Shown here in pieces: positions 1-12,111 of a DNA stretch of 64,000 bases; the stretch's first letter is position 1; the number at the start of each line of letters is the position of its first letter. A program made the position numbers and the translations under genes. The DNA lies in NCBI RefSeq assembly GCF_018977255.1, contig NW_024704743.1, positions 48,300,001 through 48,364,000 of the forward strand, given 5' to 3'. The stretch is from Callorhinchus milii (lineage: Eukaryota). The notes below the pieces were generated by a model. The model ran no database searches, was not told the origin of the DNA, and saw nothing but the letters and a program-made list of their open reading frames with translations.

Positions 1-1500
1 TATATTCCATATTTTGAATTATCTTTTTAATTCTTCATAAGAAACTACATAGGCAACTTCATCCTTTTTGATATCTTTCTCAAGATTGGATATGCGGATT
101 GCTGATCACATGACTACCTTCTGCGCACAAATAAAAAACTCACTTTTTTGATGCCCAGACAAGAAAATTTGTGCTCCCAGCATACTGTGATGTAAACAAA
201 CTTTGTAGCAAGGTGGACTGACTTCAGTATTCTTGTCCACATCTTCAAATTCCTTCACAATCTTCTCCTCACCCACTTTTACAATCTTCTCCAGTGATAT
301 TCGCTTGTCTGTTACCGGCGGCTCTGAGATGATTGACAGCCTTGGAGCCACCCATTCACAAATGACTCCAGCTGTCAATCAATTGTGATTTGACCCTCCC
401 ATTTCCTCCCTTGTTTCTTCCCCGTTCCTCTGTGGCCTCACAGCAAACAGTGCGACATTTTGTCCGTATTAACCAGATTGTTGTACAAATTAACCGACAT
501 GTTTAAAACTGATCAGAATATAAATGAACTGGGCCCAGACATTCTGTCCAATTTACCTGGCGTCCAGCTAAAGCGACTTCCACTGTATTATTAAAAGCAA
601 TTCAACTTTCAAAATCTAGCTGGATTAATATCTTATTGGGATCATATTGGAGCTTATAGGGATATTCACAGACTTTGGGAAACCAACTTCTCAATATCAC
701 AAGGGATTTGGTGTAATTTTTATGCTGATGAGCCCTAGTTTGATGATGTGGGGTGGGGTTCAGCAGAGGGAAGCAATGTTGTATAGAGGCCATGGGGATG
801 GAACACTTTCTTGTTACTTTTGACAATGAGGAAGAATCTTATGGAAGTTTCTCTTTGAGATTTAGGAGTTTGAGTAAAATGCATAACAGGGTAAGTTTTG
901 AGTGGTTTCTAAAGAAGTGGGCTTGATTGTTGAGAGGCCTGTTCTTATTTCATCTTTTATTAATTCCTGAATTGTGGTTAGGAAATAATTGAAAGTGAGA
1001 TTTTATTTGAAAGCTACCTCAGAATCTATTTCACAACTTACTTATACATTTCAAATGAACGCTTTATCAAGCTTCTCCACAAGGTTTTGAAGTAATCTGT
1101 TCTGTTTCAGAATGCATTTATTTTACAAAAATTTTAGATGCCTTGTCTTTACAGAACTGACAAGTGAAAAAATAACTTTGAAGTAAATACCTGATATTTC
1201 TACGGTCATTGATAAACTTTTAATAAATGTGCATTCTGTTTCTTTCTGCTTGTCTTTACCTTTAAATGATTGAGATATCATTTAATAGCTTTTTGGATCA
1301 CTATCTGCTGCTTACTAACACTTCAAAGGAAATGTGTGTGCATTGCTCTTGACTCCTTATTTAGCTGGCTCTAAGGAAATCTTTTATACAAATGAATATT
1401 ATTGCATTCTACTCAATTAAACTTTGTTAAAATTTAATAATTCTCCTGAGCATATAAACACAGAATGTTAACTGTATTTAAATGTTTAATTATTTGCTAG

Positions 1501-1599
1501 AGGCATCAGATGATTCAGACAACTATGAAGAACCTTTGGCAGATACCATTTCAATGACATCTGAACGTTTCGATAACCAGGATGAAGCTTCCCCTGATG
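1501..1599 (+). CDS. SKAP2: SKAP2 internal coding exon (acidic linker between dimerisation and PH domains; probably equivalent to human exon 4), phase 1-1
   Basis: Acceptor tttgctag| at 1500 and donor |gtatgt at 1600. Translates as ASDDSDNYEEPLADTISMTSERFDNQDEASPD, which resembles the SKAP2 segment I recall (EEYDDPFAGPPDTISLASERYDKDDEAPSDG). Not in the ORF track because it is short. Confidence 0.9.
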
Positions 1600-2175
1600 G
1601 TATGTGATATTGTTTATCTTAGCCAGTGTTATTGAAACAATGAAATTTGATCCTCCAGAAGATGAGATAAGCAGATAGACTTCAAGTGAGAAGCTGAAAT
1701 GAATTTTTGAAAGCGTTATGAGGAATTGAAGAGCTCTCTCTAGTGGTATTCATTGTGTGTACAAGCAAGATTTTTTTTTAAAAAGGTGTGCAGCAAGATA
1801 TTGTGCTCAGATGGTACTTTTATTCATACTAGTGTGTACATTTATATGTACCATGTATGTCTAATACCATGTACGTAGTTGATATACCAGTTTTGATGCA
1901 ATATGCAATATCTTGGTATAAGGTTGTTCTCACTGTTTGAAAGCACTGTGAATATAGCAGTCATGGTGATACTATTAGAAAAGTTGTACTTTTGTATATG
2001 AGACAAACAGATTCTACACTGCTACTGAATACATATACTGTAACTTGCAACTCATTTTAAAAACTATTCTATTTTCCATTAATAAAATATGTTCAGGATG
2101 ATTGACATCACTTTAGAATTAGGTCTTGATCAAGAATCACTTTCTTTAATCTTTAACCATATTTATTCTGGTTAA

Positions 2176-2239
2176 ACCTACAGAGTCACCATCCTCTAGA
2201 ATAAACCTGTTTATTCTGGAGGATGGTGACTCTGTAGGT
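2176..2239. repeat. Near-perfect palindrome, 31-bp arms, 2-nt spacer
   Basis: acctacagagtcaccatcctctagaataaac-ct-gtttattctggaggatggtgactctgtaggt; one mismatch between the arms. Confidence 0.95.
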
Positions 2240-3799
2240 GAAAGGGGTCCAAGAATGCTTTACCGTTGAAATAACAGATGTTTCTGAATTGCAGGGTTGT
2301 TTTCAATGTCACACAATTCAGATTTCTTATATAATAATGTTTTATGAGTTGGCTGAGTTACAATCCAAGTTTTGTCGAAGATTTACACACAAACAAATTA
2401 CATTTCCTTTGTATTGGTGCTAAACACATTCATTGCAAATGTCGCAGATTAAGTAAACTGGAAAATGGAATAAAACTAACCCAAACTGCTATTAAAACCC
2501 CTTTAACATATGTTCAGTGTATCCTGAATAATTAGAATATGAATTGGGGACAAGTGATTGATAGAAAGTAAAAAAAAAACGATGTTAAGACCGCATTGAT
2601 TCATTTGCTACTGCAGTGCTGGAGTTGTCCAGCAGTAGGTTATTTTCCACAAAAAATTGGTTCTTGATTTGTTGTTGCTTTTAAATAAATAAAACCAGGA
2701 AATATTCATTAACTCTTTTAATAAAGAAGTTCCACAGAACTTCTGCATAAAATATTTTTAAATGTACGAATGTTGTGCACAACAAGAGAAGTTTCCAGTA
2801 AAATTGATTTGAGGGAAGTATATTTCAAAATCTGTTTACTTTCCTGAAATGGATTTGGAGAAGAATTTGTACTTCCCAATCAGCATTGTATAATGAAATA
2901 CTGTATCTATCTGTCCATACCTACTGCTGACTAAGGGTATCTACTCTTATTAAACAATGTTTACTTTTAGCAGAAACTCACCTAGATTACTGTCTCCTTG
3001 TAGAAGCTTAGCACAGTTTACGCTTTCATCTTTACATTGCATTATTTACTCAATCTTAGCCAAAATGCAATCTTGACTGGAATTTATTTTAAAAATGAAC
3101 TTTGAACTAAAGTTACAGCCTAGAAATTCTATATGTATTTTGAAAGTTACTTGTCACTTTGTACTGCAAATTAAATGGGTACAGCGTCCAGAAACTGTAG
3201 CAATTACATTTAAATTATAAATAAAACATATTAATCCATAATTGAGTACAACCAAGGGTGGTCTTGAATGTTCAATTAAAAAAAGTCCTGTAATAGTTTC
3301 CAAGTTTATACATTTATCAGGATTACATACTTCATTAAGAAATGGCATACATATTAGTACAGATGCATTTTGGTTGATCCAGTGAACTTTTCAACAACAA
3401 AATATAGATTGCTAATGGTTTAAAGTTGCATCCATTGAAACTGGATCTACAAACTCCTACCTCTTAAAGTGTGATGTTTTGAGCAATTCAATAATGTCAG
3501 AAGTACAATGGCCCAATGTTATGCCACCTGTTTTTTGCCTAATTCATTTTGGTACAGAAGTGGGTAAATCATTTAAATGTATCATTCTGAAGCACTCACG
3601 TGGTTTGGTTGCTGCAATTTTGCCTTCTCCTCTGAAGTGCATTAGTATATTACCACAATTTTGTAATTAGTACTTGAACGACACCCAGACAACATGAGTG
3701 CTCAGCATAATTTCAAACTGATCTATCAGTGCCTAGTTTCTGCTTAATGTTACTTTGTAAAATTATGTTATGCATAAAACTTAAAACGCTGAAAGTTGT

Positions 3800-4760
3800 A
3801 ACACAATACAAAATTACATTTGTAAAGCGCCTTTCATGTCAGGAGGATGTCCCAAGGTGCTGAACAGTCAGGGATTAGGACCTGAACGGGGGGAAGGGGT
3901 TGGGATCAGGGAAGGTGGAGAGCAGAGAGGGTAGGAGGGCGGCCAAAGTCATGGTCGAAGAGGAGGGTCTTGAGGTATAACTTGAAGGAGGCAAGGGAGG
4001 GAGTGAGGCAAAGGGAATGTTGGATGGAGTTCCAGAGGGTGGGGCAGAGAGGCTGAAGGCCTGACCGCCGATGGTGGGGCGGACCGGGCAGGGAACATGC
4101 TGAGCAGAGGGAGCGGACAAGTTGATAAGGGGTTAGCAGGTTGGAGAGGTAGGACGGGGCAAGGCCATGGATGACCTTGAAGTTGAGGACAAGAATTTTT
4201 GAACTCGATCCTCTGAGGGATGGGGAGCCAGTAGAACCGGGAAAGGGTGGGTGTGATGGGGTCTTGGAGCCTGGCGCTGGTGTGAGCCAATCAGGAAAGC
4301 CTTGGTCTTGCTGATGTTCAACTGTAGAAAGTTTACTCTCATCCAGGACTTGATGTCTGACAGACAGTCTGTCAGGAAATCAGTGGTCCTGGAGTCGAGG
4401 TTGGAGGCAGAGAAATAGAGTTGGGTGTCATTCCACATACATGTTGGAAGTTGACCTCATGTCTGCGGATGATGTCACCAAGAGGGAGCATGTACAGGTT
4501 GAAGAGGAGAGGACCGAGGACAGAGCCCTGAGGAACACCACTTGAGACGATGCGGGCGCTAGAGGAGAAGCCGTTTATGGAGACAAAGTGGAGCCGGTTT
4601 GAGAGATAGGATCTGAACCATTCAAGGACAGAACCTTAAAGCTTGAGGTGAGAGGACAAGGATAGAGTGGTCCACAGCGTCAAAGGCAGCAGAGAGGTTA
4701 AGGAGGATGAGAACCCTGGTCACAGATGGACAGAATGTAATTTGTCACCTTGACCAGAAC
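3800..4760 (-). mobile_element. L2-clade LINE, 5'-truncated and internally deleted
   Basis: Minus-strand RT remnants ([36 protein letters not shown]) and the L2 3' tail at ~3800-3870. Confidence 0.9.
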
Positions 4761-5484
4761 TGGCCAGGACCCAAGGAAAAAATCGATTTCTCTTTTCGAG
4801 TGTTAGCCTAATGTATGAGCTCATTGCCTCAAAGTGTGGCTTGAACTCGTAATCTTCTGATTCAGAGGTGAGAATGCAACCAACTGAGTTAGGCTACCAC
4901 CTGAGCAATTTATTAAAAAAAAGTCACTAGGATATGACTGTAAAGGGAGATGAGTAACATAATTGATTAATGATAAAATATGCTTTTAAAGTTGGTTTTG
5001 TCAGATCAGTTATGCCTTTGTGCAGCCAATATTTTTCCATTTTCACTCCATCAGTCAATGATTATCTAATGACGTTTTTGTATGAAAGATCTTGAATTAC
5101 CCACGTAATTACAATAATTCTACTAATGAACGAGGTCATTGATGTAATTGGTGATGTAAATTGATTTCAACAGTTTAAATTCAGGTAAACTGAGAATAGT
5201 TGAGTTCAATTTTATATTGCCTTTAAACTGAAATATCAAATGTTAATGCCTTCTCAAAAAGCAAGAACCACATATTAAAAATGTTTCTTGACTGACCTTT
5301 TTTTTGTCAGCACTGCCAACATTAAACTATTGATTATCATTGATAGTTTACTGTTTTAATAGAAAAAAACAATGGAAAAAAAGAATGTGCATATCACTTT
5401 ATATTTCAAAATATCTTGAAGTGCATTATAATAATATCAAGTATGTAAATTTTGTTGTAAGGAAATGTGGCAGAATTTTGTATC

Positions 5485-6610
5485 CACCACATGTGTGGTG
5501 GCTGAATTCTTAAGAATCTACAAACCATCTTTCACATATATGTGGTCTGCACCATATAAGGTGCATGCATCTTTCTTACCTAATCCCGGAGAGTTAGTCA
5601 CAGGTTGGCAAGAGCCAAGACTTGTGGATCACAGAGTACATTGGGGGTACTGCTTACACAGGAACATCAGAACAGGTGTAGGCCAGTCAGCCCCTCAAGC
5701 CTGTTCCGACATTCTACTAGATCATGGCTGACTGTACCTCAACTCCATTTACCTGCTTTTACTCCATAGCCCTTGATACCCTTACCTAACAAAAATCTAT
5801 TGACCTCAGTCTTGAAAATTTCAATTGATCCAGCATCCACAGCCTTTTTTTGGGGTGGAGGGGAGAGTTCCAGATTTCCACTACCCTTTGGATGAAAAAC
5901 TGCCTCCTGATTTCACTCCTAAATGGCCTAGCTCTTAATTTTAAGATTATGCCCCAATAAGATTGACCCTCTCAGAGGACGTAGTTTCTCTGTATCTACC
6001 GAATCAAAACCTTTATCATTTTAAAACTCCTCAATTAGATTACCCTTCAATCGTCTAAACTCAGAAATACAAGCCAAGTTTATGAAACTTGCGATCATAA
6101 TTTAACCCTTTAAGCCGTAGTATCATTCTGGTGAATCTGGGCTGTACCCCTTCAGCGCCAATATATCTTTACTGAGGAGTAGTGCCCAAAATTGAACACA
6201 GTACTCCAGAAGGGGTCTGACCAAGACTCTGTACAACTGAATCATCATTGCCTCAAGTTTGTATTCCAGCCTCCTTGAGATAAAGGCCAAAACTGCTGGA
6301 CTTAACTAGCTAACTCCACAGCTGGAGTTTAAACAGTTAAACCATGCAGTTTACCAGTGTGAATCCTGGCATGTTACCACTACTTGCTCAGTTAGGACCA
6401 TCCTATCCATGAGAGCTTTAGTTTGCAGGGTTTACAGGAGCCGAGTGGAAGGAATACCGTCACTCAGTCTCTGATCTGTTCTTCCGAGTCCTACTGACAA
6501 GTGAGCTTGGTGGTCCATGATCATAAGTGCCTTGGAGTAGGCAGACCTGACTGACTCAGGTGTTGGACTCCTGAGACAGCAACAGAGGACTGATGTGATT
6601 ACACTATTCC
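5485..6610 (+). repeat. Unclassified repeat family X copy, split by the CR1 at 5655-6291
   Basis: ttacctaatcccggag..acaggttggcaagag..gggggtactgct|gctgga..cctatccatgagagctttagtttgcaggg aligns by eye with the copies at 34150, 37553 and 46140. Confidence 0.75.
5655..6291 (-). mobile_element. CR1-clade LINE 3' fragment with 6-bp TSD (ACTGCT)
   Basis: CR1-type 3' UTR (gaacaggtgtaggccagtcagcccctcaagcctg...gatcatggctga) and degenerate RT C-terminus. ACTGCT at 5649-5654 and 6292-6297. Confidence 0.85.
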
Positions 6611-9600
6611 ATTGCCAAATATGTCACTTTGGAGCCACCTCAGTTTTAAGGTTATTTTTATTTGTTTTCTTTAAATTAAGGAAATAAAATATTTTTCTTC
6701 ATTAATTTAACTTTTTCTTTCACCACTGTTGTGATCTAACTTGTTTTTTTCCTTGAAAGAAAAGAAAAATCTAAAAGAATTCCATGTTAAAAAAGCTGAG
6801 AGGAATTTCCAAATCTGTATGCCCAGTTCCACAAAACATGGTGCTCTTAATAGGGATCCCTGAAACAGGTACTTATACATACGATGCAATTATAACATGA
6901 TTGCACTTGGAACCTGTTCATTTTGCATTAATACTGCCAGCCTGCTTGCATGCCATGTGGTCACTGGCCCTTCATATTAAAATAGATGATTTCCAGTTTA
7001 TTTCAAGTCAACATCACTTCGGAAATGAAGTAGGTGACAACCTAATAACCTGGAAGTCAGCCATTTTAGTTTCCCGTGTTAAACCCAAAAAAGTGTTTTT
7101 TTNAAATAGAGAATATATGTATATTGAAGCAGATTACTGCATTTACTGCTTTTGAGTTTGTGTTGGCTGTGCTCCAAATCATTGCACCACAGTTTTATTT
7201 TACTAATCTGGGTATACAAACCGGCTTACACTGTTTATATACAGTATAGGTAAGATGTTTAATAATACTTATCACTTAGCTAACTACAACAAGGCAGCAA
7301 CATTTAACTTATTATTTGCAGTTATCATTATGCTCTCTTATTGTCAAATTATTGATACAATTAAAGGTCCCACCTGTTAAAAATAGTCTTATTTCTGTTC
7401 AGTTTCTGACTGTCTGGTTGCCATAGAAACATGTTTTTGTAACTTTATGTTTTGTGGCTGGGTTTGAACATGTCTGGGTCAACTATAATGCTGGTAGGCG
7501 ACAAATATAATGCATTCCCATTTCCTGGCAATGAAGAGTCTCCATCTCAAGCACAGAACACCACTCTTCAGCATCAGGACATCTGTTCAAATCTCTGCAA
7601 TTTAAAGGTACAATCAAACGGTTGATCGTGGATGTTCTTTTACTGTGGACCAAGTATGCCACTTAGATTATCAGTCGTTCTCTTAACAGGGTTATAACTA
7701 CTAAAGAGGCAACCCATCTTGAAGCAGAATGCCCCAATTCAATGTGTTGTCATCCCTGACAAGGAAAATTAATATAGTACCGCTGCCTTACAAATATTGT
7801 GTCATATGTGTGGTGTAGGTACTCCCCTACGTATTCTATTAATAAGAGAATAGTGATTTTTTTCATCTCTCCGTGGGCTAGATGTGAATAGTATTTGTAC
7901 ATCGAGAATTACTCTCTTTGTAAAGGGCGCCACCTAGTTCCTCCCTTCAGGTATATTCCAAGTGTATATTAATAGCTCAATTAGGTTCAGGTCACACAAA
8001 GAGCTTTATACAAATCAAATTATAATGTCTGTCCCTTTGCCCCTTAATATTAGTTAGCATTCAGAGAAAATATCACTGATTTGATAAATTATAAATTTCA
8101 AATACATTGGATGATTTTTCATAATATTGATGTAATTTTCTAGGTACTGTGAAGGTCAAAAAACTTACACCCATTTAGTCCTTTTTATTTCTGTGTCTGC
8201 TTTTCTCTTTCAATCTCTGTCTGAGTCTCTCTAGTTCAAAAGTTCACTCAATTCCCAAATGACCACCTAATTTTCTAGTTATTCCCTCAAGCCATATGTG
8301 TTTGGGTTTCTTTATGGTTTATTAGGTACTGTAGGAAAGAAACATCCGTTATATCTTCTAATGTAATTCACACACACTTCAGTGGTGCTTCTTCTTGATT
8401 GCTGGCAGCAATTAAATCACAGCAAAGGAGGGTAATGCATGGACTCCCCAGGCCCATGCTCCCCTACAGAAACTGACAAAGCCTAAAAAATAAATGCCAG
8501 GCCTACCATTACCAATCTGCCTTTTGGCTGGCTGCGAACCTGATTGATAGTGAAATCATAACTTGCTCCATGCTAACAGGCAGAGTTCACTGGTAGGTTA
8601 TTGTGAGCAGATAAAGCGCTGGATGAGGTTTTGATTTTTCTGTATTGGATCTGAGTACGTCAGATTAATGGAATTTCAATTACTGCTTGGAATTGCCACA
8701 GCTTTGTCAGGAAAACGAATGGAGATTCTATAACCATGTCTAGTAGCTAATACCAAATGCAAAATAGGTGTGCTCTTCTATTATACTAAAGAACAGAGAC
8801 AAATTGACTTTGAGTCAGAATTCGATTGTTTTTAAACTTATTGATGTGTGCATTTTTTTTGTTTTCTTTCATCTTTCCAGCTCCTTGGGACTATATAAAT
8901 TTGTTCCAATGTTAAAGGCACTATATAAATGCAATTTGTTGTTTTTGTTTTGTTTGTCAGTTTATTTGTAATTTTGCTAAAATATAAATAGTTTCAGTTC
9001 ATGATTCTGATTGCAAGTTGAATATCTTTATTTTAACCTAATTCATGCCGCAGACAATCATTGTTGTTTAACAAGTAAACACTAATCATCCTTATGAATA
9101 GGCTTTTCGTGAAAGATAAACCTTATAACGTGGACTTCATAATTTTGAGCTGATTAATGGATCATTGTGTAGCTTGCACAGAACAAGATAACTAAGCACA
9201 TTCTTCACCGGAGGATCATTGGTTATCAATAAATGTTGATACTGTACAATTCTGCTATTCTTTTTCTTTGAAAAGCAATGTCTTAAAAACAAACCACTGA
9301 ATTCACTGTCATTTAGGTGTTTGTTGCTTTCAGGAAGCATTTCCCTACACTTAAAATCCGATTGCAGACTTTCATTGATGTCAGTACTGATGGGCAGAAT
9401 TTGTGTGTGGACAAAATTATTGACAATGTGCATAATTATCATGATAAACAATATTGTTGTAAGAATGATCAATACTCTGACTTATTATTGTCTGTTCTTT
9501 CTGTAATAATAAATAGAAAATAATGGGTATCTGGGAGTGATTACAAGAGTTTAATCTTATTGAAGTCCAGTTGATGTCTTATATTGACAGTAGAACATGA

Positions 9601-10004
9601 CTGTTTATCTTCCTTACCTGAACCCCCATTATAAATTTCATTGAATGAAATTTCCTGATATTGGTGGTTTAGCAGTACATTTCACTTTTTAAGTATCTAA
9701 GAGTTTTTTTCAAGGTTGGGTTGTTTGCGGTTTTGGTAATAGCTGTTTCTGTGTTGTCAATGATATTCAAGATTGCAGTTTATGTACACCAACTATACAA
9801 TTTCTTAATAATAATAATAATAATACTTAATAATAGTACACCAACTGTAGAATTTTTTAGTAGCCAGCTATTGATTTTTGATAAAACTACAATTCATTCT
9901 GAAGAATTAATAATTGTCATGTATCATAGAATTAATTAAAGGTACTCATAAAACAAACCTATATCAGAGTAATGGGACCTGGGGGCTACTGATAGGGTCA
10001 GTAT

Positions 10005-10830
10005 TTACTTTTTATCCATCCCTGGTTGCCTTGAGAAAATAGGTGCAGTCCTCTTGATGATGGTGCACCCATGATGGTGTTGGATACAGAGTTCTAGGAT
10101 TTTGTCCCATTGATGACGAAGGAACGGTGATGTATGTCCTAGGCTGGATGGTGAGTGACTTGGAGAGGAACTTTGAAGTGGTAGTATTCCCTTGATAGCA
10201 CTGGTAAGGGCTGGTAAGTGATGGCGAAGCAGGATTGGTGAGTTGCTGCAGTGCATTCTTTAGAAGTACATACTGCAGCCACAATGTGAGAGAGAGAATG
10301 AATATTGACTTGAGTGGCCAGGGTGCCAAACAAAGTGAACTGCATTCTCCTGGAGCTTCTCAGGTTTTGGTTTAGCTTTATCCATACAAGTGAGCAGTGA
10401 GTATTCTATTCACATTTCTGACTTTAGCCCTGAAGATGGTAGAGCAGCTTTGAGAAGTTAGGAGGTGAGACGCCGTTTAGAAAGTAATTGGCCGCTAAAC
10501 TGCTTGTGCCGCCACAGTGTTTATACGACTGGCCCAGTTAAGTTTCTTGTCAGTTTTTCGTTCCAGGTTGTTGATTGTGGGGATCTTGGCGATGGTTATG
10601 CCATTGAAATAAGCGCTCTGAGACACTACCCCCGTGAAGGGTGCTATATAAATTCAAGTTCTTAGTGTTTTTGTTGTAGAAGTGACTGCTTTCTCCTTTG
10701 TTGTAGATAATTATCACTTGGCTCTTTTGTGGCACAAATGTATCTGTCAGGTTTCAGCCCAAGCCTGGATGCTTTCCAGGTGGGCATGGGTTGATTTATT
10801 GTCAGACGTATTGGAAATGGAACTGAATAT
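10005..10830 (-). mobile_element. Old non-LTR retrotransposon (CR1/L2-type superclade), RT C-terminus and 3' region
   Basis: Frameshifted minus-strand motifs INIHSLSH..VAAVCT and MHCSNSP.LLR.HLP, typical of a shark LINE family. A short L2-type tail is nested at ~10610-10660. Confidence 0.7.
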
Positions 10831-10987
10831 TTAAACTAAGTGGTCAAGATGCAGGTAACGGCTTGAGTTGTGCTTTCTTTCGAGTTGATATTTAAAACCA
10901 TCACTAACACATTTATACTACATGTTTGGTGGTGAATTGCTGCAAGTGTAATTAAGTGTACAAGTGTAATATCAGTGTTCTGTCCTT

Positions 10988-12111
10988 GAATGGTCCAGAT
11001 CGTACCTCTCACACCGCCTCCACTTCATCTCCACAAACGGTTTCTCCTCTATCCTCCGCACCGTCTCGTGTGGCAATCCTCAGGTCTCTGTCCTTGATCC
11101 CCTCCTCTTCAATATCTATTTGCTCCCTCTTGGTGACATCATCCACAGACATGGGGTCAACTTCCACATGTATGCGGATGACACCCAACTCTATCTCTCT
11201 GCCTCCGCCCTTGACTCCAGGACCACTGCTGTCCCGACAGAATGTCTGTCAGACATCAAGTCCTGGATGAGAGATAACTTTCTACAGTTCAATGTCAACA
11301 AGACCGAGGCTCTCCTGATTGGCTCCCGTCAGCGCCGCCTCACCTCAGGCGCTGACAGCGTCACCATTCGTGAATGCACACTCCACCTTACTAAGCCGGT
11401 CCGGAACCTTGAAATCTTGTTTGACCTTCAACTATCCTTTCTATCCCACATCTGCGCCATGACTCGCTCTGCCTTCTCCCACCTCTGCAACGTCGCCCGG
11501 CTCCGCCACTGTCTCACATCGTAGGCCACCAAAACCCTCATACACACATTCATAAAATCGAGGCTTGACTATGCAAACTCCTTGCTTTTTGGCCTCACAA
11601 CCTCCTGCCTCCATAGGCTGCAGATCATCCAGAACTCTGCAGCCTGCGTCCTCTCCATGACCCTATCACCCCCATCCTTGCCCGACTCCCATCACGCAGA
11701 GGTTACAGTTCAAGATCCTGGTTCTCACCTTGAAAGTTCTCCATGGTCTTTCTCCTTACTACCTATGTGACCTCCTAACCCCCTACTATTCTGCCCGCTC
11801 CCTCCGCTCAGCGGGCTCCGGCCTGCTTCACGTCCCCAACTCGCCCGCCCCACCATTGGGTGGCGAGCCCTCTGCCATTTTGCCCCCACCCTCTGGAACT
11901 CCATCCCGCAGTCCCTCAACCTCACCCACTCCCTTGCCTCCTTCAAGACCCATCTCAAGGCCATCCTCTTTGACCGTGCTTTCGATCACCTTCCTTTCCC
12001 CACGGCCCTCCACCCTCCTCAATCCCAACCCCCAGCTCGGATCCGAAACACTGATTGTTCAGCGCCTTGGGACGTCCTCCCGACGTGAAAGGCGCTGTAC
12101 AAATGTAATTT
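10988..12111 (+). mobile_element. L2 LINE 3' portion
   Basis: ORF 11120-11524 contains [10 protein letters not shown] (RT catalytic YADD) and CLSDIKSWM. Ends in the stem-loop tail agcgccttgggacgtcctcccgacgtgaaaggcgct. Confidence 0.92.

Noticed and set aside
2176..2239. pre-miRNA call for the palindromes (also 44912-44980)
   Set aside because: Loops of 1-2 nt with near-perfect arms are atypical, and I recognise no miRNA seed family.
7103..7103. Ambiguous base n
   Set aside because: Assembly ambiguity at a T/A homopolymer junction.
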